From assembly GCA_964106915.2 (NCBI GenBank), contig OZ066921.1: a stretch of 64,000 nt of DNA; one strand, written 5' to 3'. Origin of the DNA: Podarcis gaigeae (lineage: Eukaryota). A model generated the notes under the pieces. The model was not told the DNA's origin, did no database searches, and saw only the letters and a program-made list of their open reading frames with translations. The translations under genes and the position numbers were made by a program. The first letter of the stretch is position 1, and every line of letters begins with the position of its first letter. Of the stretch, positions 1 to 11,752 are shown piece after piece.

Positions 1-1456
1 CACAATCAGTAAGCCAAAAACAAACCCAATAGGGTTTACTTCCAAGTAGACACACACAGGATTACACTGTTAATGTCAAGAAACCGAACTTGCTTCTTTG
101 AAGAACTCACCACTTTAAGAAAACCTTCCCTGTATCTATTTCAGTTTGAATAAATTCTGGCAATGCTTGCCAATTTTGAAATTTGCAAGACAAGCATAAA
201 ACATTTTACTTTATGTCTGTCCTCTGAGTTTTTAATCACCTTTGTCTGAGGAAAACTCTCTGCTTTGTTGCAAAGGATACCAAATTATAACAATGCTGCA
301 GTGGCAACATAAAATATACTCTGTAGAGTTTATTATAATCTACCTTTACAAAGTTATATTTTAAGTATGGAACTGGAACAACAAAGTGTACACAAATTGA
401 AGGTGATTTTCCTACAGATGGGAAGGTGTTTCCTATCTGCACAATATTCACCAACCTAAGGATAGCTTTGTGAACATACCACAAACACATACAGAAAATA
501 AAATAAGCCCACTGTTTTATTATGAGCTACAAAAATAAACATTACTGGAAACCAGTGGGCAATCACTTGGATCCCAATATTCCCCTGTATGAGCAGTGTG
601 TGTGTGAGAGAGAGAGAGATTCTTCAGGCAACTGCACTCACCTCTCTACTCTGAAGGTACTCTATCCTTCTGTAGCCTGTTTTAAACTGACACTGAGGTT
701 GCAGATGGAGAGAAACAGTGACACATACAACCTTATGAGTGGAATTGTATTCTGCTCATGCAGCAGGACCTTTGGATCCAAGCCACTATTTCTAAATTGA
801 GATGCAGTTAAGTGAAAAGTGTGAAGTGGAAAAGATGAGAAACCACCACCCAGGCATGACTACAGACAACAACAGCAACACACACACACACACACACACA
901 ACCGAGAAGCACACAGCAAAACAGGATTAGAGATTTATTTCTGAAAAATCAAATACATAACTGAAGTGACATGGAACACAAATTTGGTTCAGCGTATTTT
1001 AACATTTTAGTAAGTGTTAATATAATAAGATCAAAATCAGCTGTCTTTAATTGATGGAGAGAGTGAAACAGAAGTAGGCGAAGTGCAGATCCCTTATAAA
1101 TAGCTTTGTATGGTACTGTTGAGGAAGACATGGAGGAGCCGATCTCAGCTTCAGGGATTACATTTTTAACATGCTTTTATTGAAAAGCTTCCTATTCACT
1201 AATCAGTTTCCACAGGGAAGAGCTAGACAACAATTCCAGGACAGATTAGTTCAATAGTTGCTAAATCAGACTAGAATATATATTCATATGTAAACCTTGC
1301 ATTTTAGCATAAGAAACCATTGAACTTAGTTCCAGATTATCACCTCTCCTGTATTTCTCAGTGTGAACCTGAGCTGAACACTAGGGAAAAGTTAAGGTAA
1401 TGCTTTTAGCTTGTTTTTTAAACATATGTTGATAGAACTTAAAGGCAGATACCAAC

Positions 1457-2021
1457 CCATTTCCTGCTTTCGAGTTGCTTTTGCTGTCCGTGCTGAGCTG
1501 AGAAAGGACATAATGAGGCGCTTTGGCACTGTCAGCATCAAAGATATCCATGGTTGACTCTTCACAATCTCGCCGTTTGATCCCCGGTCTCTGCTTTGGA
1601 TTTCGTTTACGTGATTTACGTGGCACCTCAGTGTTATCATTGTAGGAACTGGTGCTCATGTTACTGAAGTTGGAGGGGGAATCCTCCATCCACATACTGC
1701 AGCTCTGCTCAGATTCCAATCCGCACCCCTCATCCTGGCAGGACATCCGGCTGTTGTCCAGCAAGTCCTCCGGTGGTGGTGTGATGTACAGGACTGTGTG
1801 CCTCTTCGGTGTGGACTGTTGTTGCTGCTGCTGGGCTGTGTTATTGGTTAACTGCTTGTCACTTACCCCTCGGTTACTTACCCCCATGGCTGAGGAGCAG
1901 CTCTCCACTTGCATAGCTTTGCTGTCAGTGACTGAGGTAGAGTAAATGGTGGGACTGGAAGAGGTGGTAAAGGAGCTGCAAGCACCGCCCATGGAGGAAG
2001 AGGAGGGAGCTGAAGAAGCAT
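1457..2021 (-). CDS. NFAT5: NFAT5 (TonEBP) large N-terminal coding exon (565 nt), [18 protein letters not shown]...[12 protein letters not shown]...SKAGNG; contains the auxiliary export region and NLS
   Basis: Translation is nearly identical to recalled vertebrate NFAT5. Acceptor caccgcag|ATGCT at 2022/2021 (phase 1); donor AATGG|gttggt at 1457/1456. The gene continues beyond position 1. Confidence 0.97.
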
Positions 2022-2461
2022 CTGCGGTGTACAATTCAGAAGTAAATACAGGGTACATGATCCCAACTGTGCTGGCTATAGCAGTCCCTTTGAAGTAATG
2101 TGATTAGTGAACTGATTTTTTCCCCCAAATGAATGTTTTGGAATTTGGCTTGTTTTTGAATTTAAACACTTCAAGTGATATAAGGCTTAAGCAACACAGA
2201 AGTATTCTGAAAAGTGTCCAAATGATACTTCCATTTTTGTGCATGTGGCAATCAGACTTTTTTCTTTAAATTTTCTTTAAGTCATAAAAAGGCTGTAAGC
2301 AAACAAGGGCGCTTTTATTGCCTCAGCAGGACTATGAGTTTAAGCCATTTTATCTAAAATGATAGGAACCCCAATGCAAGACATGTGTCAGTGCTTTTAG
2401 GCCACATTTCATGCCAATCAACCAGCATCTGAAATTTTTGAAAAAGGTGGGACTGTGCTTA

Positions 2462-2593
2462 NNNNNNNNNNNNNNNNNNNNNNNNNNNNNNNNNNNNNNN
2501 NNNNNNNNNNNNNNNNNNNNNNNNNNNNNNNNNNNNNNNNNNNNNNNNNNNNNNNNNNNNNNNNNNNNNNNNNNNNNNNNNNNNNNNNNNNNN
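2462..2593. other. Assembly gap (N run)
   Basis: N bases. Confidence 1.
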
Positions 2594-5500
2594 TCATTAT
2601 TCCAGATATTAACTATTAAATGAGAAATGAAAGACAAAAATAACTTAACCGCAACAAAATGGAACTGGTACCAATCACCATTTATGGCTTAAAAAAATTA
2701 TTCAGCTGAGATTTGAAATCAGAGCATGCTGGTAAGAAAATGGAAGAGGCATGATCAAGTCACTTCCTTATGTGTTACTTCAAGTCCATAAAAATATAAA
2801 ATGAATTAAAGCCACCCAGCATTACTGATGGAATAAGTAGCAGCCCATGTCTCAGCAAAAGGAACATTATTAGAGTTGATGGCTAAATAACTACCAGGGT
2901 AGGTGCTGGCCTAAGAATTAGATATCTGTTTGCGACTAGGGCTTCTTAAAAGCAGGTTAGGCAAGAAGAATGCATAGATAAAATATATTTAACTGCCCAC
3001 AAAGCCTTCACTCCTCAACAGTGTCCTGAAGTCAAAGTGATTGCTCTGAGCTAAGGAGATTGTGGGCTGCAACTCTCTGCATATATCTGAGAATGCTACT
3101 AAATAAAAAAATTACCCACCAGCTTAAGACATCTCCCTATTCCAGAATAATTAGCTTAAAAAATAGCTGTATTAAGTTGATAGCACTACCTGCTGAAGGG
3201 AGCAAACAAGTGTGGTAAAACTTATGTTAACTATAAAAAGGAAGGTGGCTTCTGATGACTCAATGAACAGAATTTCTGTGTATAAACTGAAAGGGTCAGA
3301 AAAAGGAATTAAGATTATTGCAGGTTCCTTTTCTTTTAAATGCATTCAATATGCAACAATATATTTAAGGTACAGAAAAAACATAAACTGACAAACTGAC
3401 CTAGTGAAAATGTTAGTATTGCATTAAGAAGCCCAAGAAATATAGACTAAAAGCAAAACAGATCAATCTTCTGTTTAGTTTTAGTTATGAAGGTTTCAAA
3501 TGTGAACCTATCAGTCAGGTAACAGTGCACTCTTCCCTTAGAACTACCCCCATCCCATCTCCAGCCAGTCTCTGGAATAATCTGGAGCCACTGACAGATA
3601 CCAGTTCCATTTTCCAGCTTGTTCCTTGGCAAATGCAGTGGCTGAAATTGGAAGTTTCAGTCACTCAGAACTGCATTTTAATTAAAAAAAAAAAAAAAAA
3701 CATTTTCCAAGTCCTTTTTGTATCATGCATTAATGCAATGCTTTCCTTAGAAAGATGTAAAGTTTGCTAATTTCAGTGACTATATATAATTGCTGATTTG
3801 CAGCCACTTTGAGTTGAAAAGTTTGCTATGGGACATTATTTTTTTAGCTAGCTTTTGTTAAAACAGCACTAACTTCCATTTGCTTTTAAATAGTCACCCA
3901 CCTAGAAATGCAAAAATGCGGCTAGCATACTGCATGCACTGTAAAACATGCAGGAAGAATGCTCTAAACTTGCATTGCTGCAGACAATCCTTTCCCCCTC
4001 TCTAGTAGCACCCCACCCCGAAAGGAAACTCCATGCAGAATATGACCATCTCTGGATTCTTCCCCAAACAAAGATGATCATACAAGGGTCAGGCGTTAGT
4101 ACGGAGGCTGCCTCATCTTTGATTTAAGGTGCAGAGAGTTTACACACTTAAACTGTGTGTTTGGCACCAACCCATTATGCTGATCTGTGAATAGTGTGGA
4201 TAGAAAAGTAACCATGTTCCTATCTAAAATGGAAGAGTTTGGAACTTTCACATCAGTCCACACTGGGGTAGTTATGCCAGGCAGGATTAGCAGCCTGAAG
4301 AGGGAATGCACATAAAATAAAATCCTACCAAGAAAGCCAAGGTATGCTAATTTTATCAAGCAAAATATTAGCACCAAGTTAAAGCTTGAAACCTGTGTTA
4401 AATAAATAGTAACTTCCTTAAAAGGAAATTCTCCAATTAGTATAGTTTTGCAGATAATTTGAAAAACACAGACTACCAGAACCCTAATTTTTTGCTACCC
4501 CTGTGAATCAGTCATGTGGACTGCAACCAAATAATTGTTTGGTTTATTTAATCACAGCTGTGCCAAGTTATAAACTTGAAGCTTTAAAGCTTAAAAAATA
4601 GGCAAGTTTAGTCACACCAATTAAAAAGAACTAATTATATGTCCTTATACCAATATTAATAATATAACCCAGGCCCAACATCCTACTATTGCATTTGAAG
4701 TTAGGCAGGCGGACCTCTTTACTTTTGTAGCTGAAAAGGCTCAGGAAATGATTGATGCATTACACATCAGTGAGATAAATGCTATTTTTTCAGGTAGTGT
4801 ATACATAATTTGGATGCAGTGTTAAATTCAATCTGAAAAAGTAATGGCAATCTGTTGACTGATCACTCCATACTAAAGCAGTCTCAAACCCTTTTTATTA
4901 TTAACAAAATGTCCTTTCAACTGAGCCCAAATCATGGCAATAAGAGTGCCAGCCATTAGGAGTTAGCCAAGTCCAAGACATAAGGAAATTGGCTTTCTCT
5001 AGGAAGGTGGTCACCAGAAAGTAACCCCTCATATTCCCACTTTGCAACCTTAACCCAGAAACACAGTCCTCCCACTTTAAGCATTTTCCTCTTACTTCTT
5101 GAATAGAATTTACTCACTAGGACCCAAGAGACACAGCTCAATAAGCACAAACTCGATGTTTGGGGAGGGTTGGATATTTTTACTGCATTTTGTTAAATAC
5201 AAGATTACAGTCTAACAAGGTTCAGTTTCAGTTACATTTTAAAGCCATTTTAGAATTACAATCACATGCCAAGAATGTTTTATGACAGTCTCCAGAGGCA
5301 TGGCAACAAAAACTACAATACACAGTTATCTGTGCAAGTCATTTTATAATTAGCTCATCCAAGATCCAAACAGGAGAGATCACACTGGAAGTTAAAAGCC
5401 CTTTGAGCTCCAATACCATCAATAGTCAAAGATGAAATAAAATATGTAGTTCAAGAAAGAACAACAAGCTCCTGCACCCTTATTGGCATCTGCTTCAGTC

Positions 5501-6597
5501 TTAGAAACAAAAGGACTCAAAGCAAGCCTGTGCAGTGCAGTGCAAAGTAATGGCCACCCCTGCTCTGTGCTACAAGTGACAGTTCATGTCAGTTTGCAAA
5601 GACCCTTTGCTTTCCAGGTACTAGTAGCTTTTAACCTAAATAAGCATTTTGTTTTTATGGCAGTGAGGCAGTTTTTTAAAGCCTCTCCTCAGAATAAGAT
5701 TTAGGAGATGAGAATCAAAGAGGTTATGGGCAGCTTGGGTTACTAGCTAAAGCTACAATAGCTTTATACAACCTTGGGAGACTAAGACTCTAAGATTTTA
5801 AGCCCTTTTAAAATTCTCTGTCCTCCATCAGCTCACTGCTAGTTTCAGAGAGATTTGCTATCTTTAGGCAGAGCTTAAAGGAAGCCATTTCTTGCCCTAA
5901 GGTATTTCTCTTAACATAAGCCCTTCAGGGCTACAAGGCTTTTCAAGAAGACCAAACATCAGTTCAAGTGATGAGAAAACTAACAGGCAAGCTACCCTGC
6001 AAGGCAAAGTCACCTTCCAAAGTGGAGAACATGGGAGATCAAAAGCTAAGGCTTGGGATTCCACCTGTATATGAACCACTATTATGCACAAGCAGCTGGT
6101 GGAAGAACTCACAGCTTTCCAGAAACTGGCACACTTGCCATGCTATTTGCTGTTCAGAAAACAGAATGAAAACAATAAGCATTCAACAACACAGGGTGAA
6201 CCTTTGGCATTTTGATAGACTCAATCCCCAGAGCCTATCCCTACACAAGTGTCATTTATGAACCTTGCATTTTCTATTCTTGGCAGTCTCCACTTCCAAT
6301 ATTGCTCAAATCTTTCTGTGGGTTAATTTTGCAGGACCAGTGAATTCAGAGCGACAGTTTTGGAGTAAAGACAGAAGGACACGAGCCCTTGTGTTGTCAA
6401 AGGTAGAAGTATGAACCGGGACAAAGTGGCTGCAAACCTGCTTCCGACACCTTCTGTGTCAACTTTGGCTGCTTACTTTTCTTCAGCTTCATTTATTGAT
6501 GTAAAATCAAAAACTTTATTAAGAGTTTAACTTCAGTCAATCCACTATTTATAACAAAACAAAAAGAAAAAGAAAGGAAAGACTTATGAAGAAGTCT

Positions 6598-6761
6598 NNN
6601 NNNNNNNNNNNNNNNNNNNNNNNNNNNNNNNNNNNNNNNNNNNNNNNNNNNNNNNNNNNNNNNNNNNNNNNNNNNNNNNNNNNNNNNNNNNNNNNNNNNN
6701 NNNNNNNNNNNNNNNNNNNNNNNNNNNNNNNNNNNNNNNNNNNNNNNNNNNNNNNNNNNNN
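6598..6761. other. Assembly gap (N run)
   Basis: N bases. Confidence 1.
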
Positions 6762-7328
6762 GCTAGCATCCCAGCAAATATCATAAAAGCAATCCAATTT
6801 ACTTTAAAAGTTCAAGGCAGATTCAAAGTAGGTTGGTTACTTACATTAAACCCCAAACAATTTTAAATTCCCCATTACATTCACATGCCAAAACAAGTAT
6901 TATTTAACACAATTAAAAACAGGATTCAGTCTGCTTTGACAGACGGGAAATCCATAATTTGACACTCATATTTACAGATGCACAAGTGGTTATTTCTTAC
7001 CTGGAACTTTTGTTGGGTGATTCATGTTCACCAATTCAGACTAGGTGGTCTGCCACTCAAGAGCGACAATCAGTTGCAATCAACCAGCAAGCATGAATTC
7101 AGAGCCCTCATACCTATTTATCCCTGCCCAGTATTCCTCTCCAGACACAAGGAAATGCTGCATTGTCTTGATCAATAAACTTAACATTTCTCCAGAAAGG
7201 AAATGACTGTCCTTTCTGGTCCAATCTTTACAATATGCGATAATTAGTTTGGTAAATTTTTCACACTAGTCATCATTCTACGAAGCTGGTAAGAGACACG
7301 TGATACTCTCACAAGTGTTCTTACCATA

Positions 7329-7688
7329 GGTAAAGGTAAAGGTACCTCTGCCCGTACAGGCCAGTCTTTACAGACTCTAGGGTTGTGCGCTCATCTCACT
7401 CTATAGGCCGGGAGCCAGCGCTGTCCGCAGACACTTCTGGGTCACGTGGCCAGCATGACAAGCTGCATCTGGCGAGCCAGCACAGCACACGGAACGTCAT
7501 TTACTTTCCCGCTAGTAAGCGGTCCCTATTTATCTACTTGCACCCGGGGATGCTTTCTAACTGCTAGGTTGGCAGGCGCTGGGACCGAGCGACGGGAGCG
7601 CACCCTGCCACGGGGATTCGAACCACCGACCTTTCGATCAGCAAGTCCTAGGCGCTGAGGCTTTTACCCACAGCGCCACCCACGTCTC
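7329..7688 (-). mobile_element. Full-length Sauria SINE with 13-bp TSD
   Basis: (ACCTTT)n tail read as ggtaaaggtaaagg; tRNA-like head with B box (GGTTCGAATCC on minus); TSD TGTTCTTACCATA at 7316-7328 and 7689-7701. Confidence 0.92.
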
Positions 7689-7840
7689 TGTTCTTACCAT
7701 AAGCATAAGCAAAACCCTGCAACTACTGCTCAGTGGAAACATAGACTGACAGCTAACAAACTCACCCCAAATCTATCCTATTAAAACAAATGTGTTTTGT
7801 TCAAGAGCAGATATAACTGATCAGTCAATAAAAAACCACA

Positions 7841-7974
7841 GTAAAGCATGAGACTCTTGATCTCAGGGTCATGGGTTTGAGCCCCACATTAGGCAAAAGA
7901 TTCCTGCATTGCAGCAGGCTGGACTAGATGACCCTTGCGGTCCCTTCCAACTCTACAATTCTGAGATTCTATGA
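7841..7974 (+). mobile_element. tRNA-Lys-like SINE with CR1-type 3' tail
   Basis: Head agcatgagactcttgatctcagggtc...; tail ggactagatgacc...cccttccaactctacaattct-gattctatga. Confidence 0.8.
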
Positions 7975-8897
7975 GAAGAGAAAAGAGTTTTAACAGGATA
8001 AAAAGAGGTAGGCACTGGCAAACCACCTATTTACTTTTACTGGATTTAGTGCAAAGAAGAAAGCAGGTATAATGTATGTAGCAAGGGTCCTTGTGCAGTG
8101 TATTGTGAAGAACATGACTAAGCTTAAATTGCATAGCAATTCAGGCAGATGAGGAAACCATCCTTAAAGCAGCCACCGAAGTCTCATAAAGCTAACTGGA
8201 CAATGAACTCTGCTATGCCTCTCTGGAGCCATATGTGTGCCAGTGTGTGTCTAAAACTATTGATGCTGTATTGTTAGATCACGCAGCACAATGTCAAACA
8301 AAATAACCTGTCTTTAGAAGACAGATAAGAATCCCTTCTAGTCCCCTCTTTGCCAAATACACACACAACATAAATCACTATTTTAAAAAAATATGATTTA
8401 TCTCCTCCTCTTTCCACTGATCTGTAGAATCTTGCCAGTTTTTAAACTATGTGAATTTGAAACTTTGTCAGAACTATATTGTACTCTGAGGTATAATGCA
8501 CATTATCATGCAAATTAAGCCTCATGTCACATTAACCATGTCAAAAGAGAAAGTATAAAGAGAAGCTACAGAAGACAAATGAACCCTTTGCTATTACGGA
8601 CAAATATAGTCAAAATGACCTAAGATGTGTTTTTATACTCAAGTTTCTGAGCAACTACTTGCTCCTAATATGACAGAAGCTAATATTTCTAGTTTAAAAG
8701 TGCATTCCTTGCGAAAATTAAAAAATAAAATTTTACCGACTTAGGGTAAAAGTAAACTAAAGGAGCACTTATTGTTGCATTATTTTTTTTTACCTTCAAG
8801 CAAATCAAAATGATTAAAAACAAGGCACTTGACCTTTCTCCACCTTGTGAAAGTCATGGCCCCTCATTCAAGAGAGATTTGCATGGTGTTTTTAAGA

Positions 8898-9148
8898 TAG
8901 AGGTAGGCAAACTAAGACCCAAGGGCCAGATCTGGCCCAATCGCCTTCAAAATCCAGCCCGTGGACGGTCCAGGAATCAGTGTGTTTTTACATGAATAGA
9001 ACGTGTCCTTTTATTTAAAATGCATCTCTAGGTTATTTGTGGGGCATAGGAATTCATTCATATATTTTTTTCAAAATATAGTCTGGCCCCCCACAAGGGC
9101 TGAGGGACAGTGGACTGGCCCCCTGCTGAAAAAGTTTGCTTACCCCTG
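8898..9148. mobile_element. Non-autonomous hAT (Charlie-like) MITE
   Basis: Imperfect TIRs tagaggtaggcaaact / agtttgcttacccctg; perfect 8-bp TSD TTTTAAGA at 8890-8897 and 9149-9156. Confidence 0.88.
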
Positions 9149-10467
9149 TTTTAAGACATTTGTTGTGATGCTATAAAGTTTAATATCAAACTGTGAAAGG
9201 GAGGTTGGCAGATATGTGTTGGGAGTGAAAAAGCAACCGATTTGAGACAGGTCATTTCTCAGACCCATTCTTGAAGCACTGCTTCTTCCTACTTAGCAAA
9301 CACAGCATTTCACATTAAATGCTAGTATCCTGCTAAGAAACACCTGTCTGCACCTTCTGGCAAGAGACACCTAGAAATAAACTGGCTGCACAGAAAGGAT
9401 AAGCTCTCTCTCCCTCTCTCTCCACACACACAGAGGTGTTATCAAGACGTATCTGCCTTCAAGAGATAGACAACTCTTCCCAGCTTAACTATGTATAGTT
9501 CATCATGAAAGTTCAGAAATAAGCTGAGAACTATGTTAAAATTAAGAATTCATAGCTGGTTAATTTACAAAGAAACCACCTCATGTTTGGATTGATGAAT
9601 ATGAAACACACCTTTTATGTTAAAATAATCAAATGTGCTCTTAAAAGACCAATTACCAAGACTCAGTTTTAAAATGGTTTAGACTGATTTGAAAATTGGA
9701 AGCCAAACAGTAATAGCAGAACTAGCAGTCTGTTCTTGCAGGCCCTCATACCTGAAATCAGCCAATCCTGTTCCTCCAGAAATCTGAAGTTAACTGCAGA
9801 AAATCTTTATGTAACCTGCTTATGTGTCCCAGAACCTCAGATCAAAGCACTGAAAGAAAAACCTGGGGCAATCTGATTTGCAGCCAGATACTGTGTCACC
9901 CTGTGGCTAGGGAAGCAGAGAACAAATGAAGTAAAGTCTTAAATGAGGAAAATATTTTTTACCAGCTCTCTTCTCTTAATCTAGTCATTGGCACCAGTAA
10001 TGGCAACTGTGTCAGCAAGCTTAAATAAAGGAGAGGGAGCTCTACATGTAGCCAAAACACAGAATATTTGCTTGGGTCTTCATGAAGAAACTGCAACCAG
10101 CTTTAAAAAGAGTTGCTTTTGGATTCTTACTAATTATAAAAAAGCAGAAAACTGTCCCTTCAGGATAAATAAGATTAGATACAACAGATTTGCACAAAAC
10201 AATAAGGAGTTTTGTTTTTTGGACATAAAAGGAATGGGCTCCTGCAGTTCTAGATTGTCCAAGGTCACCTTCCCCTCCCAGCCACTTGACAATGTGGCTG
10301 ATTGGAAGCTATCCTTGTCTGCCTGATGAAAGGACTAGAATGAGTGAAAGTGATGCTTTGTCCCATTTTATAAGTGATTTCAATCTCATAAAACCCTCCA
10401 CAATCCCACAGCCATAACTCCCATCTTCCCAAAGTCCCTAGCTAGATTGCGCTTTGAAAATTGGGAT

Positions 10468-10605
10468 GGTTCAGTCGGTAGAGCACGAGACTCCTAATCT
10501 TAGGGTTGTGGGTTCAAGCTCCACGTTGGGCAAAAGATTCCTGCACTGCAGGAGGTTGGACTAGGTGACCCTTGTGGTCCCTTCCAACTCTACAATTCTA
10601 TGATT
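10468..10605 (+). mobile_element. tRNA-Lys-like SINE with CR1-type 3' tail
   Basis: Head tcagtcggtagagcacgagactcctaatct...ggttcaagc plus CR1 tail; same family as 7841 and 27419. Confidence 0.82.
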
Positions 10606-11408
10606 ATTTCTACAGAAGAGAAGGCCAGACACAACAGTTCTGTACAGAGAGCACAATACCCTGAATGTTAATGTGGTGGCTGATTTATGTCCCCCTCTTC
10701 ATCTACAAGTAACATCTTAAAGAACTCTGGCATGGTTCAGGGTCAAGCAGAATGACCTCTGCATCCAGTTTTGGGGAAGCTTAGTACACCCAGCTGTAAA
10801 AGCCAAGTCAACCTGCATCTTCAAAGAAGGAGTGTGTGGCCCACACTCTGAAATGGGAAGAACTCCTGGGAAGAATTAGCCCCTCCATGATAAATGCTTT
10901 CTAGAATTCCAGAATTTCCCAATGCTAGGTCTTCCTAAAACTCAACTACTACCCAATGACTACAATATATTCTTTTTGTGCCTTTTGCCTTGCCTGTAGA
11001 AAAGGAGCAGAGTCACATGAATGCTCTGGCCCAAAGTTTCAGCTGGGACTTCAGCTTATCCATGTCGGAGGAGAAGGATCCTCTTTGGGTCTATGGTATT
11101 GAGTCAATCCCAAATGGCAGATACATGCTGCTGAGAAAGAAGAGATACACTATCATACCAGCAGGGTCTGTGGGCTTTAAGCTGGGTGCCCTATTCAACA
11201 AGATTTCTTGTAAGCGTTCATGTATTTGCTGAAGGTTTTACTCCTCTAAGGGCTTTCTCCTCAGTTTCTCCAATATCCCGAAGTAGCAGAACTCTCACTT
11301 CCAAGATTCCAGACATGCTTGATTAATATTGCTCCTACCTGCACACAAGGTAGTTTCCTTCAATATATTTTTAATGATTGGGGGTGGCAGAACTGCAAAC
11401 CCACCATG

Positions 11409-11752
11409 CAGACCTTCCAAGTGTCCCTATTTTCCAGGGACATCCCTGATTTAAAGAAGCTGTCCCAGTTTCTGATTTGATCCCAGAATGTCCCACTTTT
11501 CCTTAGGACACCCCTATTTTCATTGGAGAAATGTTGTAGGGTATGGAGTTGCTTGACTCCTGAGCCATCTGAAGGCAATCCTGTACAGGGAAGATTTTTT
11601 AAAATGTTTTATGTTTTATTATATATATATATATTGAAAGCTGCCTGGAGTGGCTGGGGCAACCCAGTAAGATGTGTGGGGTATAAATAGTAAAATTATC
11701 ATTATGGAATGGAGCATTCCTATTCTCACTGGAGAAATGTTAAGAGGGTATG
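11409..11752. mobile_element. MITE-like DNA element containing an L2-like 3'-end fragment (~11590-11705)
   Basis: Degenerate TIRs cagaccttccaa / aagagggtatg; repeated subterminal cctattttcattggagaaatgtt. The internal segment is the reverse complement of the L2-like 3' ends at 20335 and 21423. Confidence 0.6.

Noticed and set aside
6995-7240. Consensus minus-strand donor CAG|GTAAGA at 7001/7000
   Set aside because: No credible upstream acceptor with a pyrimidine tract.
10468-10535. tRNA genes (also at 7841 and 37600-37669)
   Set aside because: Degenerate stems fused to CR1 tails: SINE heads, not functional tRNAs.
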